A stretch of DNA of 32,000 nucleotides. It comes from Nostoc punctiforme PCC 73102. Its GTDB lineage: Bacteria; Cyanobacteriota; Cyanobacteriia; Cyanobacteriales; Nostocaceae. The number at the start of each line of letters is the position of its first letter. The first letter of the stretch is position 1. Shown in pieces: positions 1-7,919 of this stretch. The notes below the pieces were generated by a model. It saw only the letters and a program-made list of their open reading frames with translations, was not told the origin of the DNA and searched no databases. The DNA lies in NCBI RefSeq assembly GCF_000020025.1, contig NC_010628.1, positions 3,150,001-3,182,000 on the forward strand, read 5' to 3'. A program made the translations under genes and the position numbers.

Positions 1-547
1 TTATTAATTCAATTATGGCGCGACTTGATGGTAATAGCTCTTCTTGATTGGTTCTTGTTAATAAATACCTTGCTTCTTCTGGCGCTTGTTCTTCATCCAC
101 TGTAGTTAATACCATCAACGCTACCCATATAGGTAATTGACGAATATCCCCTAATTCATCTAAATACACCCGATGTATTTGTTCACCGTTCAGCAATGAA
201 CGATGAGGATGAATATCGATTTGTTCGATACTGCGCGACGGGTAAATTATCACTGCTTGCCAGTCGCTAAATCTGGCACGGTTGCGGTAGAAATATAACG
301 AAGATTCAGCCCATACTCTTTCATAAAGTTGTTCATCTTTTTGGAACTGAACCTCGCAAAAATATACAACTCCAGCACCATCGCTTTCAGGGGGTAGAAA
401 TACCCCATCAATTTCAAATTTCGGTTCTTTGACTGCGACTGAATCAAAACGATAGCTATTTGAATTATTTGGAGGATTTGTCAACAGTTCAAATAGCAAA
501 GTTGGAGACTGTTGAAACAGTTTGTAAAATATTGAGTCTCAACGCAT
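1..547 (-). CDS. Rpn-family recombination-promoting nuclease / putative transposase (DUF2887-like); the C-terminus runs off the left edge and codon 3 is an in-frame TGA
   Basis: My own minus-strand translation gives M-R-*-DSIFYKLFQQSPTLLFELLTNPP...KFEIDGVFLPPESDGAGVVYFCEVQFQKDEQLYERVWAESSLYFYRNRARFSDWQAVIIYPSRSIEQIDIHPHRSLLNGEQIHRVYLDELG...EEQAPEEARYLLTRTNQEELLPSSRAIIELI. This is one open frame from 538 down to position 1. The EVQFQKD and AVIIYPSRSIE blocks are typical of this cyanobacterial family as I remember it. The ORF-track entry 250..447 lies in a different frame and is spurious. ATG is at 547-545 and TGA at 541-539. The next possible in-frame start is TTG at 499. Confidence 0.6.
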
Positions 548-670
548 GAAAACATTTTACTAATTTTTTATTTATGATTTTTTGGTGGCTGTTTGGATAA
601 TCCCTTTGATCTAGAGCGTGGTATCTCAATCAATCCAAGTGGGACATTCTCAATCCAGCCCAAAATATGA

Positions 671-1393
671 TTATGGTGCAAGTCTGGCTTTACCAAGACG
701 CTGTTTTTCATACCATTGTGCGATCGCAGGTGCCCAATCTTCAAAATGAGGCCACATCATTTCACACAACTTCTGAATTTCAAGTTGAGCGTCTTTTTTA
801 TTTCTCAGGTCACAAAAATGCAAGAAAGACCTTAAATTGAAACTCACCACAAAATGCTGGCGATAATCAAAAGGCACTTTACCTCTTGCGTGTTCTTCAG
901 ACATTCCACCCTCAAAATCAGCTTGATATCGTTTAGCTGCTTCCAAACACCACTCTAAATCTGCTGCTCGTTGCTCTGGTGAATAATGGTACTTTTTGCC
1001 TTGTCTATCAGTGTAATAACCAACAGGGCGTAGGTAAAAAACATCTTCTATGTCTTTCTTACCTTCTAGTACATCAATAAATTGGTTGCCTGTGTACCTA
1101 AAAGACTGAACATCAAATGATACTCCTACACGATGAGTACGAGCCTGCTGCATAACACTGTGGGGAAAGTAACCACAGTTGAAAACAATTTGGGGATGCT
1201 CTAGAGGCCCATAGTGTCCCCTCTCACCCGCTAAAAGTCGCTTAACAATAACTTCGCCGCTTTGTGACTCTGACGGCCAGGAGTCGCGCTCATCAAACAC
1301 GAACCCATCGGTATAGTCCTGGTGCATCGCGGCATAAATCACCTGCTGCGGGTTTGGCGTTTTGGCAATAACCTCTACTCGAAATCGATGCAT
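671..1393 (-). CDS. thyX: FAD-dependent thymidylate synthase ThyX
   Basis: 240-aa ORF with the ThyX motif context QARTHRVGVSFDVQSFRY and the later SFNLRSFLHFCDLR. The length fits the family. Confidence 0.9.
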   Translation of the reverse strand: MHRFRVEVIAKTPNPQQVIYAAMHQDYTDGFVFDERDSWPSESQSGEVIVKRLLAGERGHYGPLEHPQIVFNCGYFPHSVMQQARTHRVGVSFDVQSFRYTGNQFIDVLEGKKDIEDVFYLRPVGYYTDRQGKKYHYSPEQRAADLEWCLEAAKRYQADFEGGMSEEHARGKVPFDYRQHFVVSFNLRSFLHFCDLRNKKDAQLEIQKLCEMMWPHFEDWAPAIAQWYEKQRLGKARLAP

Positions 1394-1546
1394 TAGTTTT
1401 GGGAGTGGATTTGTGACTGAAAGTGCTTATGCAGAAGAAGCGGAGCCTGTTCGTTAGATATGGCTTTGAACTCGATCCATTATCATATCTCTGCCTTGGA
1501 CTTCTACTTAAGGAGATTAAGATACTTTACAAATATTAATATCTTT

Positions 1547-1564
1547 GTTACAGTTGTTTACATA
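1547..1564 (+). promoter_or_regulatory. HLR1-like direct repeat (candidate RpaB site) upstream of hli
   Basis: GTTACAGT-TG-TTTACATA matches the HLR1 pattern (G/T)TTACA(T/A)(T/A)-N2-(G/T)TTACA(T/A)(T/A) with one mismatch. A weaker TTTACAAA-TA-TTAATATC lies at 1526-1543. The repeat ends only 22 nt before the ATG, which is unusually close. Confidence 0.35.
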
Positions 1565-1586
1565 AAGAGAAAACAGGGAAAAATCC

Positions 1587-1802
1587 ATGCGTACAAGCAC
1601 TGCTATAATTGACGACCAAGGCAAACTGAACAACTTTGCGATTGAGCCAAAGGTTTATATAGACGAGCAAGGCGATCGCACTGGTTTCACTCCCTATGCA
1701 GAAATGCTGAACGGTCGTTTAGCAATGATCGGTTTTATTTCTCTGATAGCATTAGAAGTATTCACAGGACACGGTATTGTTGGTGTTTTGGCAAATCTGT
1801 AA
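1587..1802 (+). CDS. High-light-inducible protein (CAB/ELIP/HLIP family, one helix)
   Basis: 71 aa. The C-terminal helix carries the chlorophyll-binding motif [13 protein letters not shown]. Confidence 0.9.
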   Translation: MRTSTAIIDDQGKLNNFAIEPKVYIDEQGDRTGFTPYAEMLNGRLAMIGFISLIALEVFTGHGIVGVLANL

Positions 1803-1841
1803 AAACTAATTTTTTATAACGTAATTCTCAATAAATAATTA

Positions 1842-1872
1842 AGAGACGGTAGATTTACCGTCTCTTCTTTTA
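1842..1872 (+). terminator. Intrinsic terminator downstream of hli
   Basis: AGAGACGGTA-gatt-TACCGTCTCT forms a perfect 10-bp stem and is followed by TCTTTTAT. Confidence 0.7.
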
Positions 1873-1944
1873 TGGAAAGCTTAGTGCTAGAGTGAATATG
1901 CTGATAGCAAAAGCCCTTATTAGCGTAAAAACATTAGGTGAACT

Positions 1945-2526
1945 ATGGCTTTAACTGCTTCAACTATGTTGCCACTAGGCACAAAAGCACCAGATTTTAA
2001 TCTACCTGAAGTGGTATCTGGAAAGGCAACTTCGCTTTCTACTTTTGCAGATAAAAAAGCGCTGTTGGTAATGTTTATTTGTCGGCATTGCCCATTTGTA
2101 AAGCACATCCAACAAGAATTAGTGCAGTTAGGAAAAGATTATTTTACAAGTGATTTAGCGATCGTTGCCATCAGTGCTAACGATGCTAAGAATTATCCAG
2201 ATGATGCGCCAGAGTCGTTACAAGCATTTGCCACAGAACAAGGGTTTAATTTTACCTTATGCTACGACGAGAGTCAGGAGACGGCAAAAGCTTACACAGC
2301 AGCTTGCACACCTGATTTTTTTGTATTTGACGAGCAACGCAAACTTGTTTATCGGGGACAATTAGATGATAGCCGTCCCAGTAATGGTAAACCTGTAACA
2401 GGCGCAGATTTACGCGCAGCCATTGAAGCAGTGCTGGCAGGCAAACCTGTTACAAGCGACCAAAAGCCGAGTGTTGGTTGCAATATTAAATGGAAACCCG
2501 GAAACCAACCCAGTTATTTTGGTTAA
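1945..2526 (+). CDS. Thioredoxin-fold thiol-disulfide oxidoreductase (AhpC/TSA / TlpA-like)
   Basis: 193 aa with a CxxC motif in LVMFICRHCPFVKH. The layout is thioredoxin-like, and an ATG follows TAGGTG. Confidence 0.75.
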   Translation: MALTASTMLPLGTKAPDFNLPEVVSGKATSLSTFADKKALLVMFICRHCPFVKHIQQELVQLGKDYFTSDLAIVAISANDAKNYPDDAPESLQAFATEQGFNFTLCYDESQETAKAYTAACTPDFFVFDEQRKLVYRGQLDDSRPSNGKPVTGADLRAAIEAVLAGKPVTSDQKPSVGCNIKWKPGNQPSYFG

Positions 2527-2623
2527 AAGCGGCTACATCAGCTTATTCATACCCGATCCGGCAACACCGGATTAAGATTGTATAGCGATCGCTCTTTTGT
2601 TTTCCGAGAGTGACAAAAAAGGG

Positions 2624-3298
2624 CTATTCTTTCAAGCTAATTGTCTTCTTTTTCTTCAGCCATATTCCCAACAAGCCAGCAATTGCTATTCCTCCAATAC
2701 TTGATGGCTCAGGCACAGACAGAGGTTCTACACTCACATTATCCAAGTATAAAAAACCATAGCTAGCTCTACCACCCAACTTTAACTCTGTAGATGATTT
2801 TGTTGCCAAAAAATTCAAGTCATATTGTGTGAAAGGAGATCCAGCAACATTTATAGTATTTATTTTATCAAAGACTTTATTTCCATCGACAAATGCCTGA
2901 AATATATTATCAACTTGGCTGCTATCTTCGTCTGTTCCTAAAAAGAAACTGAGATTATAGTTACTACCGATAGTTGTAGCCAAATTTTGGGATATATAAG
3001 CAGGATTTACAAATGAACCGATCGATAAACCTTGATTACCACTCTCATACTGAGGAAAATTGTTAATTCTAATCCCTGATGTATCGATCGGATCGCCAGA
3101 TTTAATCCAGTCTGTAACATTAGGATTTGGAACATTGGGGTTGTTAGGATCTACGAGTGGGTCGAGTTCAAAGCTTCCGTTCCTAACAAGTTCTACTGCT
3201 TGTGCTGCTGTATTATAAGTATTGGTAATCACAGCAGTGCTAGCTAAGGTAATAGTAACACTAAAAACAATAATTGAGAGTTTTTTGGTTAAATTCAT
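2624..3298 (-). CDS. Secreted DUF642-like protein with a C-terminal PEP-CTERM sorting signal
   Basis: The C-terminus VPEPSSIGGIAIAGLLGIWLKKKK has the PEP-CTERM pattern: VPEP, a TM helix, then a basic tail. The signal peptide is MNLTKKLSIIVFSVTITLASTAVITNTYNTAAQA, followed by NGSFE...W typical of DUF642-like domains. I prefer Met17 (3298) over the ORF-track start at 3346 because the paralog begins at the equivalent residue. Confidence 0.8.
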   Translation of the reverse strand: MNLTKKLSIIVFSVTITLASTAVITNTYNTAAQAVELVRNGSFELDPLVDPNNPNVPNPNVTDWIKSGDPIDTSGIRINNFPQYESGNQGLSIGSFVNPAYISQNLATTIGSNYNLSFFLGTDEDSSQVDNIFQAFVDGNKVFDKINTINVAGSPFTQYDLNFLATKSSTELKLGGRASYGFLYLDNVSVEPLSVPEPSSIGGIAIAGLLGIWLKKKKTISLKE

Positions 3299-3354
3299 CA
3301 AACTTGACTCCAAATAATTCAAAATTACAACAACGTAATGCATCAAATATCTTC

Positions 3355-3388
3355 AGATCCCCCTTTGAAGCCTTGATTGGGGGGATCT
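3355..3388 (-). terminator. Stem-loop between the two paralogs
   Basis: AGATCCCCC...GGGGGATCT forms a 9-bp stem with a loop of about 16 nt. It lies 68 nt downstream of the 3456 stop on the minus strand. The U-tract is weak. Confidence 0.35.
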
Positions 3389-3455
3389 TGATACAACCTA
3401 ATACTTTACAAACATCCTCTAAGCTGATGAAGCAGCTTACATTTTTACCTATAGT

Positions 3456-4049
3456 TCATTGTTGTCCTTCATCTTCAGGTGCTGCTTTGACACTCACATC
3501 ATCCAAATATAAAAATGCATACTTGGCTAGAGAACCAAACTTGATCTCTGTAGATGTTCCTTCAGCTTCAAAATCTAACTTGTATTCTGTGTAGGCTTGG
3601 TAGGCAATATTCTTTTTGGAAGAAACCTTCTCACCATTTACAAATACGTGAAGTTTATTATCAAGATTGGGTGCTTCCTCTATGGATGCTAAATAGTAAG
3701 TAAGTTGATAGTGTTGACCGGGAACTGTAGGGATAGTCTGTGATATGTAAGCAATGCTTGAAAATGCACCAAGCGATAAACCTTGATTACCAGTATGAGG
3801 AAAGTTGCTAATCGTAACACCCGATGCAGCTGTTGGATCTCCAGATTTAACCCATCCTGTAACATTAGAGTTTAAAATGTTGGGATCATTAATATCTGCG
3901 AGAGGATCTATTTCAAATCCCCCGTTGTTAATCAGTTCTTGTCCTTCCGCTTGTGCTGTCGATTTATAAGTATTGGTAATCACAGCAGTATGAAGAAAGG
4001 CAGTGGTCAAACTACAAACAATAATTGAGAGTTTTTTAGTGAACTTCAC
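3456..4049 (-). CDS. Secreted DUF642-like paralog lacking the PEP-CTERM anchor
   Basis: GTG start. The signal peptide MKFTKKLSIIVCSLTTAFLHTAVITNTYKSTAQA is near-identical at nucleotide level to that of the downstream paralog. The same NGGFE...W...LYLDDVSV architecture is present. The protein ends at ...AAPEDEGQQ with no TM or basic tail. Confidence 0.8.
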   Translation of the reverse strand: MKFTKKLSIIVCSLTTAFLHTAVITNTYKSTAQAEGQELINNGGFEIDPLADINDPNILNSNVTGWVKSGDPTAASGVTISNFPHTGNQGLSLGAFSSIAYISQTIPTVPGQHYQLTYYLASIEEAPNLDNKLHVFVNGEKVSSKKNIAYQAYTEYKLDFEAEGTSTEIKFGSLAKYAFLYLDDVSVKAAPEDEGQQ

Positions 4050-4115
4050 GAGACATTACTCCAAATAGTTCAAAATTCACGACAATGACTACTTAATTGA
4101 TTTACTTTGTGGTAA

Positions 4116-4970
4116 CTAAGGCGCAAGAAACCCATAATTATTTTTGAAAATATTCTGAGCAGTAGTACCAGTTAAGTAGTTAGAAAAACTCTGTGCGGTC
4201 GTTAAAACTGTAGTTCTGGTGAGTATACCCAATGGATAGACAATCGGATCGCTCTCTGTTGTTAGGGCTGTTTCTACAACTCTTACCTTGTTAGAAAGAG
4301 CAGCATCAGTTTTGTAAACTGCACCTGCATCGATAGTTTTATTTACACCTCCAACTACAAGAGTTTTATTTTCAACAGCAGTTAAAACGTTACGCACATT
4401 GCTAGCAAGGTATAACTTAGGGTTGAGAGTAGTGAAAATACCCCGGCTAGTGAGAACTTGTTTGGTATAGTTTCCTGCTGGCACAAGTGGAGGAGTACCT
4501 GTATAGTCACCTATAGCAATACCAGTAATGTTGGCATTGGTCAAACCATTGAAGCTGGTGAGAGCAGCGCTACCAGTACTAACAGGAGGTGTCGTAGGGG
4601 CAATCAAGACTAGACGATTTCTGACAACGTTTTTACGGCTACCTGCTACCAACTTACTTGGGCTTGCATTCTGCAAGACATCTATTTGGTCGGTAGCAGC
4701 TGAAATGAAAATATCTGCTGGGGCTCCCGCTTGTATTTGACTCAGCAAGGTACCAGAAGCTCCAAATGTATAAACTACGTTGATAGTCGGGTTAGCATTT
4801 TGGTACTGGGTTTTAATTGCATTCAGTGCGTTTGTTAAGCTGACAGCCGCATACACGTTAAGTGTGGTTGTGGAGTTTGCTGGCGATAAATTGATAAACT
4901 GGGAGCCTATTACCAGCATCATGCTGGTAACTGCTGTAGCAATCCAAGCGATAAGTCTTCTTCTGTTCAT
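4116..4970 (-). CDS. ModA-family (molybdate/oxyanion) ABC transporter substrate-binding protein, orphan
   Basis: LNVYAAVSLTNAL, FGASGTLLSQIQAGAPADIFISAA, RLVLIAP and IAIGD...VPAGNYTKQVL match ModA blocks. The N-terminal MNRRRLIAW plus a hydrophobic stretch looks like an export signal. No modB or modC gene is adjacent. Confidence 0.7.
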   Translation of the reverse strand: MNRRRLIAWIATAVTSMMLVIGSQFINLSPANSTTTLNVYAAVSLTNALNAIKTQYQNANPTINVVYTFGASGTLLSQIQAGAPADIFISAATDQIDVLQNASPSKLVAGSRKNVVRNRLVLIAPTTPPVSTGSAALTSFNGLTNANITGIAIGDYTGTPPLVPAGNYTKQVLTSRGIFTTLNPKLYLASNVRNVLTAVENKTLVVGGVNKTIDAGAVYKTDAALSNKVRVVETALTTESDPIVYPLGILTRTTVLTTAQSFSNYLTGTTAQNIFKNNYGFLAP

Positions 4971-5639
4971 GAAATTTATAGTTTGGGGAAAATATTACCT
5001 AAAAGTCTCATTGTTGACGTACCTGGCTTACGTAGAGGCAACAGAAAATAAACTGCATAGAATGCAGAGGATATGGATAAATCTCATTTAGAGAGAGCTT
5101 TGACGTAATTACTACGCACGAAAAATTCTGGAAATAAACAAACGGCCTCGTAATTGCTAAAAGCATTAGTTATGATGAGCCGTTATTATTTCCAAGCAGA
5201 ATTACACAAACAAAAAGTGAAATGTATTTAGTGATGAAATAATATCAGTTAAATACGCTTATTACCAACATTTTTGGTTATAAAATCCTGACATAAAGCT
5301 TAGACAAGGGAAGTCAAACTTTAAAATGCCCCTGAATTACTTGTCTGGCATAGGTTTATTGTAAAATAGTCATAAATTACTAAAATACATTTTTACCAAC
5401 AAAATAGTTTTAGACAACTTTTTACCTAATTTAGTTGGTAATTAAGCTGGTGTATTAGTACTGTACTAACACTAGTGAAAAGCGATCGCACTTACCGATG
5501 TGTAAAAAAGGAGCGATATCTGCGGCGTAAACCACGAATCCAGGAGTGCTTGTAACCATCTATCTAGATTAACTACATATAATTCTCTGTGTGTATAAAA
5601 ATATATACAAACTCTTATACTATCAATAAAAAAATTGAT

Positions 5640-5667
5640 TTGACATACGCCTAACGATAGATAGATT
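5640..5667 (+). promoter_or_regulatory. Candidate sigma-70-type promoter for the fasciclin gene
   Basis: TTGACA (5640-5645), a 16-nt spacer, then TAGATT (5662-5667). This would give a leader of about 50 nt. Confidence 0.35.
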
Positions 5668-5722
5668 TTATTGAATAAATAGTTTAGATTTGTAACAAGT
5701 TACACAGAACTAGGTAAAGCAC

Positions 5723-6124
5723 ATGGCCAACATAATTGACACTGCTACTAATAACGGTTCTTTCAATACTCTAGTTGCAGCAATCCAAGCGGCTGGTCTG
5801 GTAGATACACTGAATGGCAATGGCCCATTCACAGTATTTGCACCCACTGATGAAGCATTTAACAAGCTTCCAGCAGGTACAGTAGACGCATTACTTCAAG
5901 ATATTCCTAAGCTGAAGAAAATCTTGACCTATCATGTAGTCTCAGGAAAGGTACTGGCTGCTGATGTAGCTAAACTGAAGACAGCTAAAACAGTTGAAGG
6001 TTCAGAAGTAAAAATTGACGCTTCTAATGGCGTAAAAATCAATGATGCAACAGTTGCAGCAGCAGATGTTGCTGCTGATAACGGTGTCATCCACGTAATT
6101 GACACAGTTTTGATTCCTGCATAA
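5723..6124 (+). CDS. Fasciclin (FAS1) domain protein
   Basis: 133 aa. [22 protein letters not shown] and [13 protein letters not shown] are the canonical FAS1 H1/H2 blocks. Confidence 0.9.
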   Translation: MANIIDTATNNGSFNTLVAAIQAAGLVDTLNGNGPFTVFAPTDEAFNKLPAGTVDALLQDIPKLKKILTYHVVSGKVLAADVAKLKTAKTVEGSEVKIDASNGVKINDATVAAADVAADNGVIHVIDTVLIPA

Positions 6125-6229
6125 GCAAACTTCAGAATAGCGAATGCTATTTCTGGGGTGGCGACTACCCATAGTCGTTTCTTTACTAAAATCTGGTTGA
6201 ATGTTTTTTAATAAACACCAACTACCAAC

Positions 6230-6267
6230 AAATCCATCTAGATCCTGTCTAGATGGATTTATTGTTT
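6230..6267. terminator. Bidirectional intrinsic terminator between convergent fasciclin and sfsA
   Basis: AAATCCATCTAGA-tcctg-TCTAGATGGATTT forms a perfect 13-bp stem and is followed by ATTGTTT. Confidence 0.7.
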
Positions 6268-6279
6268 AATTAAGTGTAA

Positions 6280-7005
6280 TTAAATTTTTAGTTTTGCCAA
6301 ACCCAAATAACGGATGCCTTCGGGGGAAATATCAAAACGGCAAGGTAAGACTTCTAAACCAAGAGCGATCGCATCCCGCAATAATTTACCATATACAGGA
6401 TCTGTGCGATCGCCAGGGGAAAACTCTGTACAATCACCACGATTGATAAAGTAAAGCATCACCGCACGAGTTAAAGGTAGCAACGCCATCAGTTCTCGCA
6501 AGTGTTTTTGTCCTCTTGTAGTCTCCGTGTCAGGAAATAAAGCTAGTCTCCCCTCAGACAAAGTTGTATTTTTCACTTCTAAATAAATCGGGCGTTCCTC
6601 ATCACTCCCCGTCAAGAAAAAATCCACTCGACTTTTTTTATCTAGTCCATAAACCACCTCACCCTTGATTTGGCTATACTCACCCAATTCTGGGAAAAGA
6701 TATTTTGCCAAAGCTAGCTTTACCACCCGATTGGGCAAAAAAGTATTTATGCCTACCCAAGTCGGCTCATTGTCATGTACCTGAATTAGTTCTAAAGTGT
6801 AAGCCAATTTGCGGTTAAGATTATCACTTTTGGAAAGCTGTACAGCACTTTGGGGAGTTGATACTCCAGTCATTGGCCCTGTATTAGGACAGTGTGCTGT
6901 CACTATTTCGCCAGAAGTAAGTTGAACGTCAGCAAAAAATCGCTTGTAACGCTTGAGTAAAATACCCGGATACAAAGGTGGGTAACGGTAAAGCCAATCC
7001 ATCAT
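6280..7005 (-). CDS. sfsA: DNA/RNA nuclease SfsA (sugar fermentation stimulation protein A)
   Basis: 241 aa. The N-terminal GILLKRYKRFFADVQL..GE.VTAHCPNTGPM is the characteristic SfsA block. Confidence 0.88.
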   Translation of the reverse strand: MMDWLYRYPPLYPGILLKRYKRFFADVQLTSGEIVTAHCPNTGPMTGVSTPQSAVQLSKSDNLNRKLAYTLELIQVHDNEPTWVGINTFLPNRVVKLALAKYLFPELGEYSQIKGEVVYGLDKKSRVDFFLTGSDEERPIYLEVKNTTLSEGRLALFPDTETTRGQKHLRELMALLPLTRAVMLYFINRGDCTEFSPGDRTDPVYGKLLRDAIALGLEVLPCRFDISPEGIRYLGLAKLKI

Positions 7006-7248
7006 TATAAAACCTTGTTGCTGCTAGTAAATATACGTCGATTCCTTACCCACCTAACTCTCAACAGTAAATCTTTGCAGCAGCGACTCCACCCTGTGAC
7101 ATAAATCAAGCAACTTTACATATCATAGATTGTCAACTTTTGTAGTTAAATTGACAACATAGTAATAAAAAGTAGCATATACTAAGCATTATAAGCCTCC
7201 CATAAAAAATCCGGGAGATTGCACTCAACGTGCAAGGAGGTAAATCCT

Positions 7249-7914
7249 ATGCAAAAATTGGAGACAGCAACGGAATTAGAATATGCTTTTCTGTTTACTC
7301 TAAGAAAAGTAAATTCAATCAATCCAGAAGGTTTCAAGCCATTTTTTATTAATATGCCTATTGATCCTTACATCAAAGGCAACTATCGTTCCAGAAGATT
7401 ATCTCGGTTCACAGTTTCTGGAAATCATTTAATCAAATTACCTCATGGCTATCTCTTTCAAAGTAAAGAGTATAATCCATTAGTGGGTGATATAAAAAGA
7501 GAGTTCGCAGAATTAGATGATGGACTCATAGAACTTGATATTTTTACAAATCTAGTTTTAGCATTTAGTGATTCTTGTAAACTTCATCCTGAAGCTGAAA
7601 TTGGGGTTCATCAAATTAGAACTATTTGTTCGGCAGATAATTTGGGTAATCCAGCGCCTGAAGGTATCCATCAAGATGGTACTGATTTTATTGGCATATT
7701 TTCAGTAAACAGAGATAATATTCAAGGTGGAGAAACACATCTATATACTGCCAAAAAAGAAAATCCTGTATTTAGCAAAGTTCTAAATCCGGGAGAACTT
7801 TTATTAGTTAACGATCATGATTTTTTCCACTTCACCACTCCCATCAAACCACAGTATGACACTCAAGGAAGTAGGGATGTTTTTGTACTAACTTCTCCTA
7901 GCTTGCTTTCGTAA
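7249..7914 (+). CDS. 2OG-Fe(II) dioxygenase family protein (PF10014-type, the free-amino-acid hydroxylase family)
   Basis: The facial triad context is EGIHQDGTDF (H-x-D) plus the distal His in DHDFFHFTTP. NYRSRRLSRF is typical of the family N-terminus. I prefer the ATG at 7249, which has AGGAGG 8 nt upstream, over the TTG at 7219. Confidence 0.75.
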   Translation: MQKLETATELEYAFLFTLRKVNSINPEGFKPFFINMPIDPYIKGNYRSRRLSRFTVSGNHLIKLPHGYLFQSKEYNPLVGDIKREFAELDDGLIELDIFTNLVLAFSDSCKLHPEAEIGVHQIRTICSADNLGNPAPEGIHQDGTDFIGIFSVNRDNIQGGETHLYTAKKENPVFSKVLNPGELLLVNDHDFFHFTTPIKPQYDTQGSRDVFVLTSPSLLS

Positions 7915-7919
7915 TAATT

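Noticed and set aside
3274-5091. Plus-strand ORFs 3274..3594, 4528..4740 and 4780..5091
   Set aside because: They are antisense to, or overlap the starts of, well-supported minus-strand genes. No motifs are present.
5691-5704. An NtcA binding site upstream of the fasciclin gene
   Set aside because: The spacing is TGTA-N6-TACA rather than the required GTA-N8-TAC, and the site lies downstream of the predicted promoter. I kept it only as an unassigned palindrome.
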